From: Deltaproteobacteria bacterium
GTDB taxonomy: Bacteria > Myxococcota_A > Bradymonadia > REDH01
NCBI GenBank assembly: GCA_013205435.1
Contig: JABMMX010000211.1
Coordinates: 1-47,396 of the forward strand
Reading direction: 5' to 3'
DNA: 47,396 nucleotides
The notes under the pieces were generated by a model. The model was given only the letters and a program-made list of their open reading frames with translations, was not told where the DNA came from and made no database searches. A program made the position numbers and the translations under genes. Of this stretch, positions 1 through 9,117 are shown in pieces (within the stretch, counting starts at the first letter, position 1; every line of letters starts with the position of its first letter).

Positions 1-1
1 C

Positions 2-1984
2 CTCGGCGCGCTCTACTTCCTCCTCCAGCGCTCTCCCCTCGGCGCGGCCGTCGCGCTCCTGCTCTCTATCTGCGCCGTCGCCTTCGCACAGCGCGACACC
101 TCGAGCCGCGAGAGGACGCTACCAGCCCGCTCCGCTGCCTTGGGTATCCTCTCAGGGCTTGGCGTCGCCGGCCTTCTGGGCGCTGAGCTGGTCCAGCCAG
201 CCATCGCTCCTTGGCTGGCGGTGGGCCCGCTCTGCCTCGCCGGCGCACTGCTCTCCGGGCCGCTGCTCCCGTGCTTTGCCCTCACTTCCATTGCCGCCAT
301 CCTCCTCTGCACACCCGATACAGACTGGACGAGCCGGATCAGCGCGCTGCTTGCGGCCTCCGGCGGACTGCTGCTCGCCTCGCGATACAGGGCCGTGCAG
401 GGCACGGGGGCTGTGCCGCGCGCCGCATCGAGCCGAGACCGGAGCTGGGTGAAGGCCTCTCGATCCACCGCTTCGGTCATGGAAGATGACGACGGTCGCC
501 TCATGCGGGACGCGAGCCGGATGGTCCGCGAGTCGGTCGACCGGAGCCTCTCGGTGCTGCGTGCAGCGATGCGCGGTCGCACCGTCGTCGTTATCTGGCT
601 CGACTCCCGTGATCGCTCTGCCTCGGTCCGCGCAGCGGAGACCTCTGAGAAGGGGCTGACGCACGGCCCCTTCGGCGACCGCGAGGGCATCCTGGCTGTG
701 CTGCACCAGCAACCAGCCGGCCTTCTGCTGAGCGACCGGAGCGGCGAGGAGCTTGAACTCCCCTGGTACACCTCCACCCCGGACCGCGCCCACATTGCTG
801 GCTGCGGCATCTACGAAGAGGGGATGCTCGTAGGCTTCCTGGTGGCCGACCGCGCCGCAACCCTAGCACCCTTTGACGACATCGACCTGCACGCGCTCAA
901 GGCGGCCGCGACCAATCTCGTGACCACGATGCACACCGAGCGGCTGCTCGTGGACGCGGCCCGCTCGCGGCGCGAGGCAACGTTGCTCTACGAGGCCGCA
1001 GACGCCCTTAACAGTGCTCTCACCACCGACGAGGTCTGCACCATCGCCGAGCGCCTCATCAAGCGGATCGCACCGGTCGAGACCTTTGTCATCACCCGGT
1101 TCGACGAAGACGCAGAGCGCCATGTTGTGCTCCGCGCGACCGGCCCCGATGCCGTCGGATTGGTAGACCACGAGTTCGCCGACGACGGCAGCCTCGCACC
1201 GCTCGCGCTTCGCCGCCGCCATATCCTGCCCTATAGCGGCCGGCTCGAGAACAGCGACACGCCCGTCTTCGGCCGCGACTACATGATGCCTCGCGCAGAG
1301 AGCATCCTCATTTTTCCCCTAGAGATCGGCCACCGTCCCATCGGCACCTGCACCGTCGCGAGCGGCACGGCGGAGGCCTTCGATGTAGCCACCCGCGACA
1401 GGCTCCGAGCCGTCATCACCTACGTCTCCGCGGCGCTCTCCAACGCCCTCGCCTATGCGCAGATGGTGCACCGCGCGACCACCGACGGCATGACCGGTCT
1501 GCTCAACCACCGGACCTTCAAGGAGCGCGGCGCCGAGGCCTTTGAGCGGGCCCGCCGCACCGACCGCCCCATGTCACTTATCATGTGCGACATCGACCAC
1601 TTCAAGCGCATCAACGACACCTACGGTCATGCTGTAGGCGATGACGTCATCCGCTCCGCTGCGGTCACCCTCCGCGCCTGCCTCCGCCGCATCGATCTAG
1701 GCGCTCGCTACGGCGGAGAAGAGTTTGCGATCCTCCTCGAAGAGACCGACCACACTCAGGCGCTCGCAACCGCTGAGCGCCTCCGTCAAGCCGTCGCGGC
1801 GCTCGAGTTCACCGCCGATCAGACGCAGTTCCGCGCCACCATCTCGCTCGGTGTCGCAACCATCCAGCCTGGAACCGACACGCTGCTCGCCTTCATCGAG
1901 GCCGCAGACGCCGCCCTCTACGACGCCAAGCGGGCCGGCCGGAACCGGGTCGCCTCCGCCGCTCGGGTCAAGGCTGCCGCCTAG
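2..1984 (+). CDS. Membrane-anchored GAF-GGDEF diguanylate cyclase (5' end probably outside the window)
   Basis: The frame is open from base 2, with no stop before the TTG at 140 used by the ORF track. The N-terminal ~110 residues form several hydrophobic helices and the centre is GAF-like. The C-terminal GGDEF domain carries DIDHFKRINDTYGH and RYGGEEFAILL (GGEEF active site). Stop at 1982-1984. Confidence 0.85.
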   Translation, partial: LGALYFLLQRSPLGAAVALLLSICAVAFAQRDTSSRERTLPARSAALGILSGLGVAGLLGAELVQPAIAPWLAVGPLCLAGALLSGPLLPCFALTSIAAILLCTPDTDWTSRISALLAASGGLLLASRYRAVQGTGAVPRAASSRDRSWVKASRSTASVMEDDDGRLMRDASRMVRESVDRSLSVLRAAMRGRTVVVIWLDSRDRSASVRAAETSEKGLTHGPFGDREGILAVLHQQPAGLLLSDRSGEELELPWYTSTPDRAHIAGCGIYEEGMLVGFLVADRAATLAPFDDIDLHALKAAATNLVTTMHTERLLVDAARSRREATLLYEAADALNSALTTDEVCTIAERLIKRIAPVETFVITRFDEDAERHVVLRATGPDAVGLVDHEFADDGSLAPLALRRRHILPYSGRLENSDTPVFGRDYMMPRAESILIFPLEIGHRPIGTCTVASGTAEAFDVATRDRLRAVITYVSAALSNALAYAQMVHRATTDGMTGLLNHRTFKERGAEAFERARRTDRPMSLIMCDIDHFKRINDTYGHAVGDDVIRSAAVTLRACLRRIDLGARYGGEEFAILLEETDHTQALATAERLRQAVAALEFTADQTQFRATISLGVATIQPGTDTLLAFIEAADAALYDAKRAGRNRVASAARVKAAA

Positions 1985-1991
1985 CTCCGGC

Positions 1992-3062
1992 TCAGTCACC
2001 GAGGCAGATGCCGATCGCCCGCGCTGCGCTGCAGATCTGGCCGTGCGGATCGACCTGCTTGTTCTGCCCCATCGCATCGAGGAGGTCGACGTCGCCGATC
2101 TCCGTCCCACGGAGGCAGACCATACGGCCGAATTTCTGGGCCGCCGCCAGCTCCACCGCGTGGTATCCGAAGCGGGTGCCGAGCAGCCGGTCGAAGTGAG
2201 ATGGCGACCCTCCGCGCTGGATGTGACCCAGCACCGTCGCGCGGGCCTCAAAATCGGTCTCCCGCTCGATCCGTTCCACCAGCTGTTCGGCAGCGCCGCC
2301 CAGACGTGCGTTCGTGCTCTTGCCCGGGTGCGAGCGAAACGAGGGCGCATCACCAGCGGGGTAGGCACCTTCGGAGACCACGACGACCGAGAAGGAGAGC
2401 CCGTTGCTCTGCCGCTCGCGGATCTTCGCGAGCACGGACTCGAACGAATAGGGAATCTCCGGCAGCAGGATCACATGCGCGCCGCCGGAGATGCCGGCGT
2501 GCAGCGCAATCCAGCCGGCGTGGCGTCCCATCACCTCGAGCACCATGACCCGGTCGTGGCTCTCGGCGGTGGTGTGCAGGCGGTCGACGGCCTCCATGGC
2601 GATGCCCACGGCTGTGTCGAACCCGAAGGTGTAGTCGGTGGCATCAAGATCGTTGTCGATGGTCTTTGGGACGCCAATGACCTTGAGCCCCCGCTCGCGG
2701 AAGCGCTGCGCGATGGTCTGCGTGCCGTCGCCACCGACGAAGATGACAGCATCGATGCCCTCCGCCTCGAGGCGAGCGATCATCTTTCCGGGAATGTCTT
2801 CCTGTCCGAGTTCACCGCCGGCGACACCGAAGGGATTGCCCCGATTGGTGGTCCCCAAGATGGTGCCTCCGCGAGGGAGAATTCCGCGCACGGAGGCTGG
2901 GGTGAGCGGCCGGAGCGGCTCAGGACGGAGGAGCCCTTGGAGGCCGTCCTCGATGCCAAAGACCGACCAGCCATACTTGGCGACGGCGGTGCGGACGGCA
3001 CCACGGATAACGGCGTTGAGTCCCGGGCAGTCTCCGCCGCCGGTTGAGATCGCGATTCGCAT
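1992..3062 (-). CDS. pfkA: ATP-dependent 6-phosphofructokinase
   Basis: ORF 1992..3164 trimmed to the internal ATG at 3062 (MRIAISTGGGDCPGLNAVIRG), which has AGGAG 6 nt upstream. PFK motifs present: FVGGDGT, PKTIDNDL, MGRHAGWIAL. Confidence 0.9.
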   Translation of the reverse strand: MRIAISTGGGDCPGLNAVIRGAVRTAVAKYGWSVFGIEDGLQGLLRPEPLRPLTPASVRGILPRGGTILGTTNRGNPFGVAGGELGQEDIPGKMIARLEAEGIDAVIFVGGDGTQTIAQRFRERGLKVIGVPKTIDNDLDATDYTFGFDTAVGIAMEAVDRLHTTAESHDRVMVLEVMGRHAGWIALHAGISGGAHVILLPEIPYSFESVLAKIRERQSNGLSFSVVVVSEGAYPAGDAPSFRSHPGKSTNARLGGAAEQLVERIERETDFEARATVLGHIQRGGSPSHFDRLLGTRFGYHAVELAAAQKFGRMVCLRGTEIGDVDLLDAMGQNKQVDPHGQICSAARAIGICLGD

Positions 3063-3218
3063 TGCAGGCTCCTGCTTACTTGAACACTGAGGCAAAGGCG
3101 GGTAGATATCTCCGTTCTGCGCAATTGCACACTCTGCTGAATAACGGCTCCGGAGGGTCGTCACCAGCGCCGTGCAAGGCCGCTTGCATTCCTACTCCCT
3201 CGACTCACGAGTGCGTTC

Positions 3219-4142
3219 ATGAACCGTTCCCTAGTCTCCCGTCTTCTCGTGGTACTTCTTCTCTGCATGGGCGCAGCACCTGCCTGGGCTGGCAACGGCG
3301 AGGCGCTGCTGAAGTATGTGCCGAGCAGCACCCGCCTCATCGTGAACGTGAACACCGCGACGCTCCGGACCACCCGCGGCTACGCCATCGCGCTCAACGC
3401 CTTCAAGGGCACGCCCAAGTACAATGCCACCATCAAGAAGCTCGGCTTCCCCGACCTCAACGCCTTCGACACGGTGATGCTCACCAACATTGATGCGAAC
3501 GAGAACGACCCGCAGCTCTTCGTTGCGATGGAGGGCCGCTTCGACCGCAAGAAGATGGAGAGCGAGTTCGCCCTCCAGAAGGAGATCAAGAAGGAGGTCA
3601 TCGATGGCGTGACCTGCTGGGTTGTGGGTGACCGTGAGGCCGCGACCTTCGCCAACGACACCACCCTTCTGGTCGGCGCCAAGGCGACGCTGGTTGCCTC
3701 GGTGAAGGGCGCAGCCGCCGCGACCGGAGCACCCGGTTCGCGCATCACTGCCCTTGCGAGCTCCATCAGCCGCGTCGACCGCACCCAGGAGATCTGGTTC
3801 GTCGCCTCGGTTTCGACCCGCCTTCAAAACCGCCGCGCCGAACTCAAGACCTTCCGCAGCATGCGCGGCACCTTCGACATCGGCTCGGGCCTTGCCCTGA
3901 GCGCTGTCGCCACGCTCGACAGCGCCGCCTCCGCAACGGCGAAGGCCGCTGACCTCACCAAGCAGTTCTCAGACGGTGCAGCCTCCAAGGAGATGGCAGC
4001 GATGGGGCTCAGCAGCATCTACCAGAGCATGAAGGCGACTGCCGCCGGTAGCGACGTCACCCTGACCGCCTCCTACCCGCAGGCCCAGTGGGAGAACCTC
4101 CTCCGCACCGCGACCGCAGTGATGGCTGAGGAGCTCCGCTAG
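3219..4142 (+). CDS. Secreted hypothetical protein (Sec signal peptide, no recognised domain)
   Basis: N-terminus MNRSLVSRLLVVLLLCMGAAPAWA|GNG looks like a signal peptide. GC3 bias is strong. A hairpin plus T-tract follows the stop. I recognise no family motif. Confidence 0.6.
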   Translation: MNRSLVSRLLVVLLLCMGAAPAWAGNGEALLKYVPSSTRLIVNVNTATLRTTRGYAIALNAFKGTPKYNATIKKLGFPDLNAFDTVMLTNIDANENDPQLFVAMEGRFDRKKMESEFALQKEIKKEVIDGVTCWVVGDREAATFANDTTLLVGAKATLVASVKGAAAATGAPGSRITALASSISRVDRTQEIWFVASVSTRLQNRRAELKTFRSMRGTFDIGSGLALSAVATLDSAASATAKAADLTKQFSDGAASKEMAAMGLSSIYQSMKATAAGSDVTLTASYPQAQWENLLRTATAVMAEELR

Positions 4143-4184
4143 GCAGAGAGGGCTCCGCGTGGCGCCCTTCCCCGCTTGAATTGC

Positions 4185-4215
4185 GCGGCGGCCTCGGTCG
4201 CCGCGTTTCGTTTTT
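4185..4215 (+). terminator. Rho-independent terminator candidate
   Basis: Stem gcggcggc / gtcgccgc (8 bp, one G-U pair) with loop ctcg, followed by gtttcgttttt. It lies 43 nt after the stop of the 3219..4142 CDS and just before the GGAG-N5-GTG start of sppA. Confidence 0.55.
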
Positions 4216-4224
4216 GGAGTCCCC

Positions 4225-6669
4225 GTGTTCTCAATCTCCTCGCTCCGACTCGTCTCCGCGGCCCTGACCACCGCCCTGCTCGCAAGCCCGCTCGCGACCG
4301 CCGCTGAACCCGCCTCCAGCAGGCTTCGGATGCTCGACAGCGACAGCTCCACGCTCACGCTCCAGCCCGGTGCGCTGGGCTTCTACCGCGGCGGAGAGCT
4401 CTCCCTTGGCCTCGCAACACAGCTCGACGCGCAGCGACCCGCCCAGTCCTGGGATCTGCGCCTGGCAGGCGGCAGCGATGGCTTCGCCGGCGGCCTTCTG
4501 CTGCGACAGGATCTCGAAGAGCTCTGGTGGTCCGGCTACGGTGTGGGCCTCGCCATGGACTGGTTCTCGATTGGCCTCACAGCCCAGCGCAGCGGCCTGC
4601 CCCTGTGGGCGACAGAGGCGGAGCAGCGGTCGACACGCCTCGATGCAGGCCTAGGCCTCCGGCCAGCCTCGTGGCTTTCGCTCGGCTACAACGTGGGGCG
4701 CAGCGAAACGGATGGGGCGGGCCCGAGTGCAGACCAACGGGTGGGGCTCGCAATCCGCGACCCGGGCGGAGTCTGGGGCGCCGAGACCGCGCTCCGGCTC
4801 AATGGTAGCGGCGGCTTTGCAGCGACCGAGCTGGGCCTGCAGCGGCGGTTCGGGGCCTTGGCCCTGCGGCTGACCGCGAGCGTCGACGATCAAGGTTCAG
4901 CCGGCGGTGGGCTCTTCGCCGAGTATGCACTCGACGGCGCAGAGATTGGGCTTGGGGCGGCAGGAGACGCCGATGGATTCGGGCTGGTCGAGCGGCTCGC
5001 GCTGTCGTCGGAGAGCGCAACGGGGGCCGACTTCGGTGCAGCGAAATTGGTCGTTATCCGCCTCAGCGGCCCGCTCGACGAGCGGCCCGCCGCCGGGCTC
5101 TTTTCGACAGGAGGCCGCGAGTTTGCAGACCTCCTTGAGGATGTCCGAATAGCGGCCTTCGACCCTCGTGTGACTGGCCTCTACCTCGAGTTGAACGGCT
5201 GCTCGGGAGGCATCGCACAGGCCTACGAGCTCCGGCTCGCGCTCGAGGAGTTGCGAACCGCCGGCAAGCAGGTCGTCGCCTACCTCGAGACAGCGAATCT
5301 CATCGATCTCTATCTGGCCGGCGCCGCAGATTGGGTTGTCGCCTCCCCCACCGTCCAGCTCCTGAAGACCGGCGTCGGTGGTACCTCTTACTACCTCGCA
5401 GACCTGCTGGAGAAGGCAGGCATCGAGGCGCAGTTCGTCCGTACAGGGCCCCATAAGGCTGGCCCGGAGACCTACCTGCAAAACGGCCCATCCGACGAGG
5501 CCCGCGCGCAGTATGAGGCCTACTTGGACAGCGTCTCGGAGGAGCTCGTGCGTGGCATTGGCCGTGGCGACGCCACCCTCATGGAGCGTTGGCGCGCGCT
5601 GGCTGCTGCGGCGCCCGTCACGGCCGACGACCTCAAGACAGCCGAGATTATCAATGCGGTCGGCTACAATGACGAGGTCGCTGCGGCCTACGAGAAGACC
5701 TTCTCGCGCCCGATCCTCTGGGCCGCGGAGGCACCATGGCGGCAAGAACGCCAGCATAGGTGGATGCAGGACCCGGCGATCGGCGTCCTCCACATCGAGG
5801 GCGAGATTGTCGATGCAGCCTCACCTTTCGACCTCCTCGGGGGCGATGGGGTGGTCGATACTGCGACGATCGTTGCGGCGGCCGATACGCTCCGCGAGGA
5901 CGATGCTGTGGCCGGTGTGATCATCCGCATCGACAGCCCTGGTGGATCTGCATGGGCGAGCGACGAGATGGCGCATGCCCTGAAGGCGCTTGTGGCGAAG
6001 AAGCCTACTGTCGTCAGCATGGGCTCGGTCGCTGCCTCTGGTGGCTACTACGTGGCCAGCCTCGGCGTGCCCATTTATGCCCTTCCCACGACCCTGACGG
6101 GAAGCATCGGCGTCTACGCGGGGACCTTCTCGGCCGACGGGCTTTTTGGGCGGCTGGGCGTCCATCCCGTTCGGACCGAGCGTGGCGGTACGACCGACCT
6201 GCTCGGGCCGCACACCTGGACTGACGCGGAGCGGGCTGCGGTGCAACGGAGTGTCGATGTGACCTACGACCGCTTCCTCGGCCTTGTCGCGACGTCGCGC
6301 GGGCTCACGGTGGAGGCTGCAGAAGAGCTCGCCGGCGGACGCATCTATGGGGGTAGCCGAGCAAAGGAGTTGGGACTTGTGGATGCGCTCACCGGCTTCG
6401 AGGGGGCGCGTCAGGCGCTCATCGCGCAGCTGGGGCTGGACGGCGCGACGACGCCACTCCGCCACCTCCCGGATGGCTCGCAGTCGCTCACGCTCTCGGC
6501 CGGTCTGGGGCTCCGAGCTGCCTCAGCAGTGCCTCAGCCTATCCCGCTTGCCGACGCTGTCATCGACGCGCTGGGGCTGGGGCGACTGGTCCGTCTTGCG
6601 CGGCCGCTGCTCACTGCGCGGACGGCGGCGCCGATGCTGCACTTCGATGGGCAGCTGCCAGAACTCTAG
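4225..6669 (+). CDS. sppA: Signal peptide peptidase SppA (67K-type, two S49 domains) with an extra ~280-aa N-terminal region
   Basis: GTG start with GGAG 5 nt upstream. The C-terminal S49 domain has IRIDSPGGSAWASDEM and GSVAASGGYYVA. An earlier degenerate S49 repeat is present (LELNGCSGGIAQ). An N-terminal signal-like segment is followed by a Gly/Leu/Ala-rich region. Confidence 0.8.
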   Translation: MFSISSLRLVSAALTTALLASPLATAAEPASSRLRMLDSDSSTLTLQPGALGFYRGGELSLGLATQLDAQRPAQSWDLRLAGGSDGFAGGLLLRQDLEELWWSGYGVGLAMDWFSIGLTAQRSGLPLWATEAEQRSTRLDAGLGLRPASWLSLGYNVGRSETDGAGPSADQRVGLAIRDPGGVWGAETALRLNGSGGFAATELGLQRRFGALALRLTASVDDQGSAGGGLFAEYALDGAEIGLGAAGDADGFGLVERLALSSESATGADFGAAKLVVIRLSGPLDERPAAGLFSTGGREFADLLEDVRIAAFDPRVTGLYLELNGCSGGIAQAYELRLALEELRTAGKQVVAYLETANLIDLYLAGAADWVVASPTVQLLKTGVGGTSYYLADLLEKAGIEAQFVRTGPHKAGPETYLQNGPSDEARAQYEAYLDSVSEELVRGIGRGDATLMERWRALAAAAPVTADDLKTAEIINAVGYNDEVAAAYEKTFSRPILWAAEAPWRQERQHRWMQDPAIGVLHIEGEIVDAASPFDLLGGDGVVDTATIVAAADTLREDDAVAGVIIRIDSPGGSAWASDEMAHALKALVAKKPTVVSMGSVAASGGYYVASLGVPIYALPTTLTGSIGVYAGTFSADGLFGRLGVHPVRTERGGTTDLLGPHTWTDAERAAVQRSVDVTYDRFLGLVATSRGLTVEAAEELAGGRIYGGSRAKELGLVDALTGFEGARQALIAQLGLDGATTPLRHLPDGSQSLTLSAGLGLRAASAVPQPIPLADAVIDALGLGRLVRLARPLLTARTAAPMLHFDGQLPEL

Positions 6670-8483
6670 GGCTTGTACCTGAAGTTTGCGGTGGCCGACT
6701 GACCGGGCTCGATGCGGACAACGCGCTCCTCGGAGTAGGCGCGGGGTTCGACGAAGTAGACCTTCACCCGGTGGTCTCCGGGCGGGAGCGGCAGAGCGCT
6801 GAGCGGCGTCTCGGAGGCGACCATCCGGCCGTCGACCCAGACCTGGCCGTAGGGGATGGCACGTACGGTGAGGCTGCCGCTGACGGACACAGGCGCCGCC
6901 GTGGGAGCAGCAGAGGGACGTTCGCGGAGTGGAGCGGCGGGCGCGGAAGGCCGCTCGCGCTGCGGCACGGCCGGGGCAGCAACAGGCGCAGCGGGACGTT
7001 TGACGGGCGCGGGAGGCGCTACCGCGCGCGGGGCTGCGGGAGGAGCGGCTGTGGGCTTCTTGGAGACCGCGGCCGGCATGACCGGCGAGCCGAAGACGGC
7101 GGCGTTTGCAGGCTTCGGAGCTTCGGTCACCTTGGGCGCGACTGCCTTGGAGAGGGGAGCGAGCGGCAAGGAGATGGTCTTCATCTTGGCCTCGCCCTGC
7201 CCCCACGCAGCAGCAACGGTTGCAGACTGGTAGCCGCTGAGGGTCGCTGTCACGGAGTGGGACCGCGAGCTGTCGATGCCGTCGACCGTCACGGGAGCGA
7301 GGCCGCGCATGACGCCGTCGATCGAGATTGCGGCGCCGGGCGGGGTGGACAGAACAGTGAGGCTCCCCACCGCTTGGACGAGGGTGAGCATGCGCTGGAT
7401 GGGTTGCCCGTCTTTGACAACGATGGTGTCGTTCAGCGTCTGGTGGCCTGGGAGCGAGATCGCGAGCTTGTAGGCCTGCCCGACCTGGAGGTTAGGAATC
7501 GTCAGGGGCGTGACGCTGGGGACGGGCTGGCCGTCGAGTGTCACGGTGGCGCCGGCGGGCTGGGTGAAGATGGCAGCCGCGATGCCACCAGTGGGGGTGA
7601 CCGCCACTGCCGCCGCGGGCGGCTCAGACGGGAGTTGAGGCGCCTTTGGCGCTGCCGACTTGATGCCCAAGAAGATAAGCAGGAGCAGCGCGGCGGAGAG
7701 GGCGAGCGCCAGCCCTAGGACGAGCCCGCGCTGGCTCGGCTCGGCCTGCTGCGCGCCAACGATCACAGCGCGCGGCGCATCGGTGAGGGTCTTGGCGGGC
7801 TGCAGGGTCGCGACACCGGCGCCATGGCTGGGTGCACCCTGCTTGGCAGCAGCGCCGCCCTGCCAGACGTTGGTCTTGGCGTCGTTGTCGCCAAAGAGCG
7901 AAGCGGGCGGCGGCGGCAGCACGGGGGCTGCGGGCGCAGACGAAGGAACAATCACCGGCACGGTCGGCGCCGACTTCGGCGACGGTGTGAAGGGTGCGCC
8001 GACAATCCGGGTCGGAGCATCGTCGAAGTCGGCGACCGGCGCAGCGGGCCTGCCCTCCGCCTGGAGTCCGGAGGCAGCGACAGGCGGTGGCGCAATCTCC
8101 AGCGAGGCGCCCGTGTAGATCGCTGTCGCTGTCACAGGGGCCGGTGCAGCAGGCGCCGAAACGGCCGAGGCACGGGAAGAGGAAGGAGGCTCAGGAAAGG
8201 CGAATCCCTGGACCGTCATCACGCCCGGCTGCGGCGGACGGGGTGCCGCAAACGCCGAAAGGCCCGGGCTCGACATGCCGGGCAGCGGCGCAGCAATCGC
8301 GGCCGTGTTGGCAGACGCTGGAGGCGCTGGAGGAACGCCGAGCGCGGCGGCAATTGCCGGTGCAGCGGGACGCTCGCCCGGGTCGGGGAGCTGCGCGGAG
8401 ACCGCGGAGGGGCGCTGAAAGAAGGCATCTGCAAGCAGAGGATCGTTCTCTGCGGGGGGCTGGTTGAGGTTGCGCGTAGCCAT
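6666..8483 (-). CDS. PEGA-domain membrane protein with Pro/Ala-rich cytoplasmic N-terminus
   Basis: Long P/A-rich low-complexity N-terminal half, then one TM helix (LVLGLALALSAALLLLIFLGI). Three PEGA-like modules follow: TVTLDGQPV...LAISLPGHQTL, AISIDGVMRGLAP...ATLSGYQSAT and VWVDGRMVASETP...PGDHRVKVYF. Confidence 0.7.
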   Translation of the reverse strand: MATRNLNQPPAENDPLLADAFFQRPSAVSAQLPDPGERPAAPAIAAALGVPPAPPASANTAAIAAPLPGMSSPGLSAFAAPRPPQPGVMTVQGFAFPEPPSSSRASAVSAPAAPAPVTATAIYTGASLEIAPPPVAASGLQAEGRPAAPVADFDDAPTRIVGAPFTPSPKSAPTVPVIVPSSAPAAPVLPPPPASLFGDNDAKTNVWQGGAAAKQGAPSHGAGVATLQPAKTLTDAPRAVIVGAQQAEPSQRGLVLGLALALSAALLLLIFLGIKSAAPKAPQLPSEPPAAAVAVTPTGGIAAAIFTQPAGATVTLDGQPVPSVTPLTIPNLQVGQAYKLAISLPGHQTLNDTIVVKDGQPIQRMLTLVQAVGSLTVLSTPPGAAISIDGVMRGLAPVTVDGIDSSRSHSVTATLSGYQSATVAAAWGQGEAKMKTISLPLAPLSKAVAPKVTEAPKPANAAVFGSPVMPAAVSKKPTAAPPAAPRAVAPPAPVKRPAAPVAAPAVPQRERPSAPAAPLRERPSAAPTAAPVSVSGSLTVRAIPYGQVWVDGRMVASETPLSALPLPPGDHRVKVYFVEPRAYSEERVVRIEPGQSATANFRYKP

Positions 8484-8603
8484 GTAGGTTCAAAGCCTCC
8501 GAGTAGGTGCAAAGGCCGATTCCTAGCACCTTGCAGGCCAGTGGTGTAGCAGGAAGATGTCCCGCGATGGCGGGGTTCTTCGGGCAGACGCCACAGGTGA
8601 AGC

Positions 8604-9017
8604 ATGTATACCAAGGTGGACCACATCGGCATTGCGGTCCGGTCGCTGGAGGCGGCCATTCCCTTCTACCGCGACCAGCTCGGTCTGCACCTCGAGGCGA
8701 TTGACGAGGTCGCGAGCCAAGGCGTCCGCGTGGCCTTCTTCGTCTGTGGCGAGACACTGCTCGAGCTGCTCGAGCCGACCCGCCCTGACTCTCCCATCGC
8801 CATCTTCATCGAGAAGCGGGGCGAAGGGCTCCACCACATGGCGCTGGCCACCGACGACATCCTGCAGGAGCGGAGCAAGGCCATCGAGAACCGGATCCGG
8901 CTCCTCAGCGAGGCGCCGCTCGACGGAGCGCATGGCAAGCTCATCACCTTCATGCACCCCAAAGACACCATGGGAGTGCTGCTCGAGATGTGCCAGCGAA
9001 AGGCCGACCAGCACTGA
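8604..9017 (+). CDS. mce: Methylmalonyl-CoA epimerase (VOC/glyoxalase fold)
   Basis: 137 aa. Sequence reads MYTKVDHIGIAVRSLEAAIPFYRDQLGL ... GEGLHHMAL ... HGKLITFMHPKDTMGVLLEMCQ, the typical epimerase length and motif pattern. Confidence 0.85.
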   Translation: MYTKVDHIGIAVRSLEAAIPFYRDQLGLHLEAIDEVASQGVRVAFFVCGETLLELLEPTRPDSPIAIFIEKRGEGLHHMALATDDILQERSKAIENRIRLLSEAPLDGAHGKLITFMHPKDTMGVLLEMCQRKADQH

Positions 9018-9032
9018 GCAGGTGCGCCCGCG

Positions 9033-9061
9033 TTGACATCCCACTTTTTGAAGTGTTACCT
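9033..9061 (+). promoter_or_regulatory. Possible sigma70-like promoter for the downstream outer-membrane protein gene
   Basis: TTGACA (9033-9038), a 17-nt spacer, then TTACCT (9056-9061). The -10 element is weak, so this is a low-confidence call. Confidence 0.25.
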
Positions 9062-9117
9062 GCGGCGACCTGCTTGTGTCGCATCTGCGGGCGACTGCCA
9101 ATCTGGAGCAAAGAAAC

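Noticed and set aside
3119-3134. The GCAATTGC palindrome in the pfkA/secreted-protein divergent promoter.
   Set aside because: It is only an 8-bp perfect palindrome with no second copy or recognisable regulator motif. That is too short to distinguish from chance.
6666-6669. Interlocked stop codons (CTAG) of the convergent sppA and PEGA-protein genes.
   Set aside because: The feature is real but likely a trivial consequence of tight gene packing. No hairpin or other signal lies around it.
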